A DNA stretch of 63,829 nucleotides, counting the filler, from Globobulimina sp. (taxonomy: Eukaryota), in NCBI GenBank assembly GCA_003354225.1. It is 18 parts of 18 records of this genome, joined end to end, with 100 filler letters (N's around TTAATTAATTAA, not from the genome) between each part and the next. Parts side by side here need not be neighbours in the genome. Positions count along the whole stretch, not along the records: positions 21,327 to 24,779 come from PIVH01002754.1; positions 24,880 to 28,332 come from PIVH01002755.1; positions 28,433 to 31,884 come from PIVH01002756.1; positions 31,985 to 35,436 come from PIVH01002757.1; positions 35,537 to 38,987 come from PIVH01002758.1; 13 more parts are not named here. One strand, given 5' to 3'. Shown here piece by piece: positions 24,315 to 35,789 of this stretch. The position numbers and the translations under genes are program-made. Numbering within the stretch: the stretch's first letter is position 1; each line of letters starts with the position of its first letter. Under the pieces are notes generated by a model, which made no database searches, was not told where the DNA came from, and saw only the letters and a program-made list of their open reading frames with translations.

Positions 24315-24779
24315 TTATGAAACAAAATGTTTATTTTTACAATGCTTTTTTTGATGACGATTACGCGTGGAGCCATCCTTAATTTTTTTCCCACATTTAT
24401 TGCATTCAAAAGGTTTCTCTCCACAATGGACTCTTTTATGTTTTTTTAAATTACTTTTTCTGGCAAATGCTGTATTACATTCATTGCATTTGAATGGTCT
24501 TTCTTTCGTATGACTCCTTTCATGCCTTTTCAATGCTGATGGCATTGTAAATCTTTTTGTGCAATGCGTACATGCATATTTTCCATTATTTGTATGTTTA
24601 TAATTTGTATGGGATTTTAAATGACCTTTTGTGGTAAATGCTTTATTACATTCATTGCATTTGAATGGTCTTTCGTTTGTATGGAACCTTTCATGTATTT
24701 TCAATTTTGATGGCACTGTAAATCTTTTTGGGCAATGCGAACATGCATATTTCCCATTATTTGTATGTATTTGATTTAT
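24315..24779 (-). CDS. Tandem C2H2 zinc-finger protein, 5' partial
   Basis: Five CxxC-x12-HxxxH fingers with TNERPF/GEKPF linkers. A 171-nt two-finger unit is duplicated. Confidence 0.9.
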   Translation of the reverse strand: MNQIHTNNGKYACSHCPKRFTVPSKLKIHERFHTNERPFKCNECNKAFTTKGHLKSHTNYKHTNNGKYACTHCTKRFTMPSALKRHERSHTKERPFKCNECNTAFARKSNLKKHKRVHCGEKPFECNKCGKKIKDGSTRNRHQKKHCKNKHFVS

Positions 24780-25089
24780 NNNNNNNNNNNNNNNNNNNNN
24801 NNNNNNNNNNNNNNNNNNNNNNNTTAATTAATTAANNNNNNNNNNNNNNNNNNNNNNNNNNNNNNNNNNNNNNNNNNNNGTATCTGTCGACTCGAATATT
24901 TGTACTGAGTGGGCTGAAAATGCACGTATGCTGCATGTTTATAATATTCTTATACTCAAATCTATATGCAAAATAATAACATAATATCTATGCAGAATAT
25001 TGGTTGGATGATTTTATTAAAATTCAAAATAAATTCTACATTATAAATATCAGATGTATGTAATTTGATTCAGTTTTAACATTTTTCAA

Positions 25090-25885
25090 CATATTCTGAT
25101 AAACATTCCACTTGATTTAGATAACTCCACTGAATCCGCGTCGGATTTAGGTTTTTTCAATGAAAGCCCGCAATGGATTGGCATTGGAATCACTGAAAAG
25201 AATGCATTAGCAAACAAAAAATGCCTCTTTGTGGATAAGTATATGCTGTCTAGAACCTCGTCAGTGTTTGCTGAGCTTATTCCTGACCATGATGAGGAGT
25301 GCAAAAGTTAAATTACATTGAGTTATATGTAATATATGTACCAGTTTTGGAAAACAATAATATTCAACAATAAGACATATCAATTCCTATGCATATTGAA
25401 GTGGATTCATGGCAAATAATTGCTCAACTTATCATTATTTCAGAGTGGTTATTGTATCATAAAATGTACAAAACAGATTGCAATCATGATTTGTTTGTCA
25501 CTCCATTGAAATCTGGGAAAGATTTAAAGGACTCATTACAATGCGTTGTATGTTTATATGTTTTACAACAATTATTTTCTAATTGCTTTGCCTACAGACT
25601 GGACACCGTCAATGTACAACACAAGAAATGGTATTGGAAAAAAGGTTGATCGATTACGTGTATGATATTACACATTTCCACGGCAAAGGCACTGTTGAAG
25701 CATGCAACAGAAACACTGTCTCAGATATTCATACTGTACGAATTATAGCAGATATGTTGGATTTATCCAATCATTTGAATAATGAGCATTTGAAAATCTT
25801 TTTTGGGAGCTATTTTGCCTTTCATTTGATTGATCTGCCACAACAATTGTTAGAGCAAAGAATTAATGCACTACATTTTGATTAA
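25090..25885 (+). CDS. Divergent Skp1/BTB-POZ-like protein, multi-exon, 5' end uncertain
   Basis: Splicing about 25307-25374 and about 25548-25598 gives LFVDKYMLSRTSSVFAELI..IPMHIEV..LIIISEWLLYHK..PLKSGKDLKD..IIADMLDLSNHLN, which follows the Skp1 motif order. Confidence 0.4.
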
Positions 25886-25989
25886 ACTGTGTTATTATGA
25901 CTCTTGTACATAAAATATGTTACTTTGTTGTATGGTGTCAAATGTTACAACTGGTGTTTGTTGAGATGTAAACTGATCCCAATGAAGTT

Positions 25990-27219
25990 TTATGATGACA
26001 TGGTCAGCTGAGATATCGCCACTGAATGGTGGATATCAAAAAACACTCTCTTTGTTCTGCCGGAATCAACAGCACTTGTAACATGGCAATATATCTGTCT
26101 CTGTATATCTGCATTCAATTTTAAATATTGCTCTGAAATATATTCAACTGATTCATTATAACATAATTCAAAATATTCTTCATCGCTCATTTTACAATCT
26201 CCAATATCCATTTGCAAATATTTGCCAATTAATGCAGTAACATCGTTTGGAATAAACTTATTAATTTTCTTTTCAATCTCTCTTGAAACATATGACGCCG
26301 CCATTGGTAATTTTACATTTCCATATTCGTTTCCATTATAATCATCAAAACAGATTTTTAACGAAATGCCTGCTTTTAAACACTGTTCGAATATATCACT
26401 TTTATTTAATATTACCACCATCATTGAAGACCGCAAATATCTCGAATTTACCACACAATTAAACAAATTTAATGATTCATGCATTGCAAGACCATCAAAC
26501 CATTGATTTGAAACACAATAAGCGCTTAAATCTACCATGAATATTACACAGTTAACTAGTTCCAAATGATGCATATGTTTGTAATAAAAGTCACTGAAAC
26601 CACTCACAGATCCAACATCAATCAAATGTAAATTAGTACCTTTTATATCGATTAATATGTCAGTTATGCCATGATTGGTTGATTTATGTTTAATAATGTC
26701 TTCTTTTGTTGGTTCATAATCAATATTCATAATTTCCATGATTTTATCAAAGAAATAATCCATATTATCATTGATTATATAATTATCACTATAAAAATGT
26801 CGCAATGAATATTTTGTTTTTATATCATGTCGACGCCATAGCTTTGACATAATATTTCCTATGCTTTGCAAATCGTTTTCATTGTCAATTGTTAATTGTT
26901 GCATTGATTCAACATATTTTCCCGATTCTTCATCATTTATTATTTCATATAAAACTACAATGTGATCAATACAACATTGTCTGATATCAGTTATTGCGTT
27001 AACTTTTGATTTAGAGTCAATAATGCTTTCATCGTTGAATGTATATTCAAGCTGATTCATCATTGCTGTTTTACCACTGGATGATGCTCCTAGAATGGCA
27101 ATCGAGTGCTCTCTACTTCTGAGTACTTTCTCTTTATAGATACTAGTATCGATATCTTTAGTAATTGTTTTGCTTTGCTGAGACAACCTGTAAGAATTCG
27201 TCTGGATACAACCACCCAT
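25990..27219 (-). CDS. Divergent heterotrimeric G-protein alpha subunit
   Basis: MGGC lipidation motif, ILGASSSGKT, NMDYFFD, YEPTKEDII, IDVG, VIFMVDLSAY, ESLNLF, LNKSD and HVTSAVD. Confidence 0.88.
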   Translation of the reverse strand: MGGCIQTNSYRLSQQSKTITKDIDTSIYKEKVLRSREHSIAILGASSSGKTAMMNQLEYTFNDESIIDSKSKVNAITDIRQCCIDHIVVLYEIINDEESGKYVESMQQLTIDNENDLQSIGNIMSKLWRRHDIKTKYSLRHFYSDNYIINDNMDYFFDKIMEIMNIDYEPTKEDIIKHKSTNHGITDILIDIKGTNLHLIDVGSVSGFSDFYYKHMHHLELVNCVIFMVDLSAYCVSNQWFDGLAMHESLNLFNCVVNSRYLRSSMMVVILNKSDIFEQCLKAGISLKICFDDYNGNEYGNVKLPMAASYVSREIEKKINKFIPNDVTALIGKYLQMDIGDCKMSDEEYFELCYNESVEYISEQYLKLNADIQRQIYCHVTSAVDSGRTKRVFFDIHHSVAISQLTMSS

Positions 27220-27303
27220 GAATTGCCCAACAAAAAAAAAGTGCGCCACTAAAACTACTAACTATTAAAATAAACAAGCCAAGCCAAGCCAAGCAAGAGC
27301 ACA

Positions 27304-28332
27304 ATGAGTCAGTGGGATGATTGTGACGATAATGAGCCATGTGCTGTAGGTTTTGTTTGTGATGATGATTCATACGGAAATTGTGAGGAGCGATTTCCAA
27401 CAGTTTTCTGGGTATTTCAATTCATATTCATTGGTTTATTTATTGCTCAATGTATATGGGCTTGTTATGATCATCGAAAAAAAACTGCGGACAAAATCAA
27501 ACCTCAGCAACATCAGCCGGTACCAACAACAACACCCACACCGGACGACACACCTACTCCTATACCAAGAACTGATTATAATCCATCAAAAGAGCAATTA
27601 CCAAAAGGATGGACTCTCTGCTATACCCAAGATGGTAGAATATATTATCAAAATGATTTAACACAAATAACTCAATGGGAACGACCAATTGTAACAATAC
27701 CTATAGAAACAGGTACAATATATCCATTGCTATACTTATTACAAATTGATTTGTTACTATTTAGGTCCAGAGCCGTTACCAGACGGATGGGTCGAAATGA
27801 CTACATCTGACGGAAAAGTATATTATCAAAACAGTATCACAAAAACTACTCAATGGGAAAGACCAGCCAATCCAAAACCAGCTCAAACAGCACATGTGGA
27901 GCCAGTAGCAGCTGTTGCAAATAGTAATAATACCAATGGGATTGACTGGGAATATATAGATTATCATTGTGGAGCATTTATAGAATTTCCATTTTCTACA
28001 ACTTGCCGAAATTATTTGATCCGATTGTTGAGTGTCATGGCATCGATGACTGCATTTTTGTTTGCTTATCTGTTGCCGTCGTGTTGTCCATATTTTTATG
28101 ATTCAGATTATTTGGCACCTGATTGTTGTTCGTGGTATGGAACCAATTATTTCATTTATATATTTTCATGGCTGTTGTTTGTGTGGTATTGTTTAAGTGG
28201 TTTATATTTGGTACTTGTAAAAAAAGAAGAAATGACATGGGTCACATCATCCTCGTACACAACTGGCAATGTTGAACATGTAACCACAACAGTTACAACG
28301 TCAAAAAGTTTATGTTATAATATTTTTATGCT
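27304..28332 (+). CDS. Membrane protein with two WW domains, 3' partial
   Basis: LPKGWTLCYTQDGRIYYQNDLTQITQWERP and LPDGWVEMTTSDGKVYYQNSITKTTQWERP, with an intron at about 27713-27764. TM helices on both sides. Confidence 0.8.
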
Positions 28333-28432
28333 NNNNNNNNNNNNNNNNNNNNNNNNNNNNNNNNNNNNNNNNNNNNTTAATTAATTAANNNNNNNNNNNN
28401 NNNNNNNNNNNNNNNNNNNNNNNNNNNNNNNN

Positions 28433-28578
28433 AAAATGTCAAATTAAGGGATGAGTTGTCGAGGGCAAATAAAAGAATCGAACAGTTAGAGAGGGAATTA
28501 GCTGCCGCCAAATCAAAAGGAGTGGGGACTAAGAAAACTAAAGTATTTGGATCATGGAGAAGAAATAAGAATAAATGA
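28433..28578 (+). CDS. 3' end of a coiled-coil protein
   Basis: Frame NVKLRDELSRANKRIEQLERELAAAK...NK-stop, followed by T-rich 3'UTR-like sequence. Confidence 0.5.
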
Positions 28579-28996
28579 CCTTCTAATCGTGTATATAAAT
28601 ATATATGTTTTTTTTGTTTATGAATGTGTTTTTGTTGAGAATATCATGTTTATCCAACGGAATTTAACTGTTTTGCAATCTGTTGTTGTGGGAAAGGAGG
28701 GATTATCTTACAAATTTTTATAAAAAAGTCTGATACCACGTGTCTGATACAAAGAAAAATATGATCGATCAGAAAATAATAAAAAAAAAGACAAAACTGC
28801 AACGTAAAGGTACACAAAAGTTCAAAAAACAAGGAAACCGAAATAATTCCAATTTCGATTAACGGTCGTTACTCATTAACCAAATTTGTTATAATTATTT
28901 TACTGAAATTGAAGAGCAAGAAATGATTTTTTGTTAAATTGATGTCCGCGGAGAACAAAAAAATACAATTAAAAGGGGGATAGAGGTAAAAGGTTC

Positions 28997-31727
28997 TCAT
29001 AATATTATACAATATGAATAGGAGGGATTATTTTGATTAATTTTTTCAAAACAAACATAATCATCCCCAAAAACGTTAGTTTCTTTTTTTATGTTTACAC
29101 CATATTGATTGAATCTAGTTTGATATTTGCTAATCATCGGATCGATACGATTTGATTTCCTATCATTGGGCCGAATTAATAATTCATTAAATTTAAAGCT
29201 ATCTTTTTTTGATTCATTATCTAAAACATTTAAAATATATTCATACGACGCTTGATTTAATATAATACCATGATTTTGTTCATACGTAACACGCAATCTT
29301 TGTATAGATGGAAATAAATCAAATAAAATGTCTAATTTTAGCATATTATCGTTTTTAGCAATAAAATATTTCCGCAATGACGGTGAGATATATTTTGCGG
29401 ACAAATAACACATTCTTATGGTTATTTCCTGTACAACATTCTTACAATAATTATTAAATAATTTATGAACATAGCTTGGTATGTTATATTTATTATTATT
29501 CTCGTTATAAATATCACAATCTATCTCATTATTTATCAAATTTATCAATATTGATATGATTGAATTACTTATTTTATGCAATATATATTCGCCATCAAGT
29601 AAAGTTTGAAATATTTTGATTGCAGAGATATAAAATTGATAATTTTCATTAGTTTTGAGATTAATAATCGATCCAATTTGTAAATATTGTGAACCACAAA
29701 AAATTCGTTCCGCCTCATGTGATTGATCAGAGATCCATGAAATGTCAAAACAACGAGAACCAAAATCACTGCCTAAGATCAAAATGATTCCATCGTCATT
29801 TTGCTCCTCGATGGCGGAATACAAAACGGATAATTTATGTGTTACTGAGGTTGGAGAATGAAACTGAGCACTAAACACTGCAAATAATAATTGTTGATTT
29901 GCGACGCAATGCATATATTGTTGTTTTTTGGTAATTTCTTGACCCCAAACATGAACACATTCGATTAATAATTTGGACAAATTTGCATAATTCGAATGCC
30001 GTTGTTTTAATTGTTGATAAGTTTCCAATTCGTTCTGTCGTAAATATGTATTTTTTAATTGCGCACACAAAAAATCAAAATTTGCATAAAATAATAACGC
30101 CATCAAATGATTAATACCAAGCAATGAATCTGGCTCAATTTCATAATCCTTTACAAACCCTTTCCGCGCAAACAATTCCTGTTTGCAATAAATTATTAAT
30201 GACAATGATACGGCTTTGTTGTATACAATTTGCCATTCATTGATTGAGATGGATAAATTTAATATTTCTGACTTTAAATCACCGAAAGAAGACTGTACAA
30301 AATAATTCCAATCTTCGTCAAAAGATTTATAATAATTCCAATAATGATATTTATAGCCGAATTCATATCCGTTTATTATATTATTGTTAGAATTATTATT
30401 ATTAAATAATTCTACGTTGGTTTCATATTTTCTATGTTTTATCCCACTATGAATATTATTCACTTCTTTCTTATATAATCGCAATTTTCCCCAATTTTCG
30501 TTCTCATATTTTTCATCTGTTTCATATGCATAAGTGTCATAATTATAATTGTAATTAAACACTGAGCAACACATTAAATACGAATACATTTTATCCAAAT
30601 GTTGTTGAATTACGATTTCTTGGCAATCGAAACTATCTAAAAAATATGTTTTCAACTCAAAATATTTACGATTTCGATTATTTCGCGCAAACATAACACA
30701 TTCTTTATTACCACCGATATTTGTACCAATGCAATAAGATAAATATAGAAATAATTTATGTGCGGATATGTTATCTGAATAATTGTCTAAAATATATTTA
30801 TAATCATTTAATAATTGTATCACATCATAATTGTGTAACGCATTAAAGAAATCACTCATTTTCATCCCATATCTTTCATTATCGTTAATCCATTTATTGT
30901 AATAGGATAAAATGAAAACAATCCGTTCGACAGATCCAGACTCATAAATATCAGCATTCCTTCGCATACATTGATTGATCATACTTTGTTTATTTTGTTT
31001 ATGTATCAATGTTTTCCATGATTCAAACACGGTGTTTAATGATGAGAATTTTTTCATGCTCCCACCAAGTGATTGTAATTTACTTTCATTGTCATCGAGG
31101 TCGACGTCGCAAACATTGTCTATCGCTGTTAAATCAATATTAAATCTTCTAAATGTGATAGTGAATGGAATCTGTTGCTGCGTGATTATATTTAATATGT
31201 GTTTATAATTTAAACCATCGCAATACATATTACTGCCGATTTTATATATATAACAACCAATGGTTAACCCCATTTTTTTTAATATTAAATCATACACATT
31301 GGTGATAATGGCATTCTTTCCATTCGTGTCTGCATCGAATAGAAAGCCAATCGGATATTGCGAATGAATGGTGATATCAAATAATTCCTGTTTGAATAAG
31401 ATTTTTAAGGGCAATGCCGAAGAATTTAATATTTTCATGATTTGTCTGCCTTTCATATCTTCCACATATTGGTCATTTATTTCACTTATTATTGAACCAA
31501 TACGCAATCCGTTTTTACGGTGAGTGGATTGATGGATTTGAGTGATAATTGCTGATCGTCCATCGCGTGATGGGGAGACTTCAAAGCCCAGAGGACGTAC
31601 TTGGAAGATAATTGCGTATAACAATAAACTCTAAAATAAATGTTTAGTTTATTCATTGCTATTGTAATTCTATTATGAATGACCTAACTTCGTTTCTGGA
31701 CAACAGAGAAACCATTGAGTCGTCCAT
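28997..31727 (-). CDS. Two PDZ-like domains + putative ADP-ribosyltransferase-like domain
   Basis: Short first exon MDDSMVSLLSRNE. PDZ-like RPLGFEV..AIITQI..GLRIGSIISEIND and YPIGFLF..AIITNV..GLTIG. ART-like order LLFY..YMHCV..PTSVT..GIIL..FDISWISDQSHEAERIF. Confidence 0.6.
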
Positions 31728-31797
31728 GTTTTATATTATGTGCTTTGGGTGTTTTTAGTATGTTGAATTACTAAAAAAATAAGTAAAAAACTTTACA

Positions 31798-31884
31798 CAA
31801 TGAAAGAAATGCATTGAAAGAAATGCATTAAAGTCAGAGGTTTGAGAGGTTGAGAGGTTCGGAAGTTTATGCGTTGAGAAGTTA
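31798..31884. mobile_element. MITE family A, copy 2 (truncated by contig end)
   Basis: Near-identical to 3952-4024, with a duplicated TGAAAGAAATGCAT at the terminus. Confidence 0.8.
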
Positions 31885-31984
31885 NNNNNNNNNNNNNNNN
31901 NNNNNNNNNNNNNNNNNNNNNNNNNNNNTTAATTAATTAANNNNNNNNNNNNNNNNNNNNNNNNNNNNNNNNNNNNNNNNNNNN

Positions 31985-33653
31985 AATGATATTTGACAGC
32001 ATCTCTCATGAAAACAAAAACATTGTTACTTTCTGTGCAATGATGAGTGCATATAGTTCAAATTTATTATTCCAAGAAGCTTTACAATTATATGATAGCA
32101 TCAACATACAAAAAGATGATATTTGTCATGTAATTGCATTAAAGTCATGCATAAATTTGCATAATTGGTCCAAAGGGAAGCAAATCTCCAAACAAATCCA
32201 ATCGCATAACAGCTACAAAGAGATTAGTATCCAATTAAAAACGACACTTATTAATTTCTATGGCTGTTGTGGGGATATTCCATCTGCATTCAACATTTTT
32301 AACACAGTTCCAAATAATACACGTGATGTTGTCATCTATAATGCAATGTTAACTGCTTTGATTGATAACAATTTCGACAATGATGCATTGGAATTGTACG
32401 ATAAGTTGGGTGTTCAACAAAAAAATGATATTTCACATTCATTGGCGCTGAAAGTGTGTAACAAAACCAATAATTATGACAAAGGCATCAATGTATTTAC
32501 TTCAATTCAACATAATATGAAATCAATTGTTTGTGTCAATGCTATGCTTTCCTGCTTAGTCAACAATAATGAAAATAGAAAAGCGTTGGAATTGTATGAA
32601 AATGTTAAAACTGATATTAAAAAAGATGACATCTGTCATATTCTAGCATTGAAAGCATGCAGCAACAGTTGCGAATATATAATCGGCAAAAATATTATTG
32701 ACAAATATGAACTGGAAACGGAAAATAATATTAATGTCAAAAACACATTGATTCATTTTTATGGCGATAGTTTGAACATAAATAATGCATTGAATATTTT
32801 TAATTGTATAGCTGTGGACAAAGTGGATATTGTAACAATAGGTGCTATGATGGATGCTTATTCCAAAAACAATATGAATTCAGAATGTATTGAGTTATTT
32901 AAAAATATAAATTCAACATATCAGCATATAAAACCCGATATTGTATGTTATGTTATTTTATTTGCAAACTGTACCACTGGGAATGCATTTTATTTTGGGA
33001 AGAAAATTCATGATAAATTGAAAGATGGAAGGAAGAATAAGTTCATTTTACGCAACACTGAAATACAGACTAGTTTAATTAACATGTATGGCTGCAATGG
33101 ATATATTGATGTTTGTTTGCAGATATTTGATGAAATTAAGCGAACGCAATACAATAAGTATTGCAATGAAATAACAATTTGGAATGCAATGTTAAATGTT
33201 TTTGGAAAAAATGGAGATATTCATGGAATGAAGAAATTATATGATATGGTGTTACAAAACGGATTTAATTTAATTCCAGATAGGAAAACATATATTGCAT
33301 TGTTGAGTGCTTATGGACATTGTGGCAACGTCAAAGATGCTAAATATATTTGGCAATATGATATAAAATGCAACAATATGAAGTATGACGCTTTTGTGGT
33401 GAGTAGTTTGGTGGATGGATTGTCGAGGAAAGGAGAGCTAAAAGAAGCGAAATGTTTAATTGAAGAATATGAAAAGTATCATCAACATATCAGTGATTGT
33501 TATAATGAGAGTATGTGGGTATCTTTGCTGAATGGATGCAGAATACACAAAAATGTATCTTTCGCAAAAGAAGTGTACAAGCAATACAACACAATATTTA
33601 GTGCAAATGAAGCAGTTTCGATTTTGATGTGGAACATTATGTCGACATCTTAA
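31985..33653 (+). CDS. Pentatricopeptide-repeat protein with PLS/E-like C-terminus, 5' partial
   Basis: Repeated TTLINFYG..G.I..A..IF, YNAML..L and WNAMLNVFGKNG motifs. C-terminal LVDGLSRKGELKEA..WVSLLNGCRIHKN. Confidence 0.85.
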
Positions 33654-33788
33654 TTGATGGCGTGGGCACAATAGAAACGCTTCGCGAAAGTAGCAAAGTG
33701 AAGAAGTTTCAAAATGTTGGTTTAATATGGTGTTATTTGCGGTGAATAAAATAATATTTAGGACACAAAATCACAAATGCTAACAATT

Positions 33789-34870
33789 TTATTCTTTATC
33801 CTGTTTTGCATCTTCATTATTATTTGGTTGTGGTTGTTTGTCGTCATCAGCTTCATTTTGATCCACAATTTCCCATTTTGGGGATATATCCCCCACATTA
33901 TTTAATCTGTATTTATTTTCATCATCTTTTAAGAATCCAACGATCGGATATGATTCGGCAAATAATTTTAAATATTTTTTCAATGCGAATAATTTCTGTT
34001 TATCTTTGCCATTCTCATTATCCTCATTTATTGATTTATTGTACATCTCTTTCCCAAATTTATTGTTTGCCAATGCAACAGATATATCATTGCCAATCGC
34101 ATCAGGAAAATCACCATACATTGATTCATAAACAATCTCCGCACTCTTTACATCAAATATTATGCCACAGACAGACAACCAACTATGCTCATTGTCGTAT
34201 TTGCTGCATTCCGATAATTCTTCACTTGTAAGAACACGGAAATCATTTGAATAAATATTATTTAAATCGATATTTACATCAATAATGTCATCATTTCCTG
34301 CCTCTCGCCATGATTCTGGACATGAATCGGCAAATCCTTCTAAGCGACCAACAATTGGGTATTTTGCACGAAATCTGCAGATCCAGTCAGTTAATGTTAT
34401 CTGGTGATCGCCGTCTTGCTCAAAATCCCGTTTATTTAAATTTGTTTTCTCCAATGACATTGCGCCTAACATATACGATGCGTCTCCGCCGGCGAAACAG
34501 TTATAGGGACCATCCGGATATCCATAAAAATCCCGACCTACGGTATGTGTTTATGTATTTATACATTTACATGAGAATTTATTTGAAATTTCTTAAAGAC
34601 AGACACAAATAATATACCTTTGGTTAAATCAAAGACTCTGCCACAAACAGACACAAATATCCGTGAGTTGTTTTCTCCATTAAATTTTTGTAATTGCTCC
34701 AATGTCAATTTACCAACCGGTAACCTTTCTAATTTTTCAACTGATTCTAGATCGCGATCACTTGATTGGGACTCATCACTTGAACTTCTTGTAAGGTACC
34801 AAATAGCAACTGCTGCTCCGACAATAATTGCTATAACTTGTGGGGTGAAAAAGCTGTTTGATTCTGACAT
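33789..34870 (-). CDS. MAPR/PGRMC-type cytochrome-b5-like heme/steroid-binding protein with two tandem domains and an apparent frameshift
   Basis: N-terminal TM, then LTLEQLQKFNG..IFVSVCGRVFDLTKG|RDFYG (intron about 34537-34617), PYNCFAGGDAS..KYPIVGRL. Second domain WLSVCGIIFDV..GNDIS..YPIVGFL. The frame breaks near 34515. Confidence 0.8.
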
Positions 34871-34999
34871 GCTGCTAAAAAATTGTTCAAAAACTGTGTT
34901 ATTAACTTTGCTTTCAGTAAATGCCGAACTAATTATAGAAATAGTGTATAGTTATAGAAATAGTGCATAATTAGAATAGCAGCTGCTACGCACTGACAT

Positions 35000-35436
35000 A
35001 TGGATGATAGTTCATCTGATGATAATTTATTTGACGTCGGCGAATGGAATCATGCAAAATCTGTGTTTGAAGATGATGAAAAAGAGCAATGCAATGTAGT
35101 AATTAGAACACGTAGAATAAATAGTGTTTCTCATACCGTCAATAAAAGTTATTCCCAACAGAAACGCGACTCTATCAATCTTGCTCTAGCTTTAAAACAC
35201 GAAATGGAACTTACAAATGCATCCATAACACAAACAAATAATAGTCAGACTACCCCCAAATATTTACCATATTCCTATGATAACAATAATATTAACAATC
35301 CACCATATTATGACGAGAACTCATTGCAATCAAAAAGACAAAGGAAACCGAAAATAATTCCGCAAATCAAAGCATCCAAATCTCAACTGTTTAAAAACAA
35401 CATTTGTTCTCATGCCTTGGGCAGTGATATGTTATA
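35000..35436 (+). CDS. Hypothetical low-complexity protein, 3' partial
   Basis: ATG-started ORF open to the contig end. No recognisable domain. Confidence 0.5.
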
Positions 35437-35789
35437 NNNNNNNNNNNNNNNNNNNNNNNNNNNNNNNNNNNNNNNNNNNNTTAATTAATTAANNNNNNNN
35501 NNNNNNNNNNNNNNNNNNNNNNNNNNNNNNNNNNNNTTACTCAACTAAGTGGGGTAAACGGGTCAAAAGGAGTGGAGTAATTCCACTTTTACCGGCCTTT
35601 TTTGGGTAAAAAATAATTACAAACACCCGTTGTCACGACAGCATGATCAATGCAGCGTGTTTCTAATTTTGTTATAACACGCATGTGTCAAATGGGTGTT
35701 TTAACCACCTATCAACACTACGTAGAACGCTAATTAAACGATGAGACAAACGTTTAAATTAAACAACACGCGATTACAGTCAAATGATA

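Noticed and set aside
25371-25373. In-frame TAA suggesting stop-codon reassignment or a pseudogene
   Set aside because: It falls inside the intron if the acceptor at 25374 is used, and other genes end normally at TAA, TAG or TGA.
35601-35702. Imperfect inverted repeat AAACACCC..TTG.CAC / GTGTCAAATGGGTGTTT
   Set aside because: Short, mismatched, single copy and no TSD.
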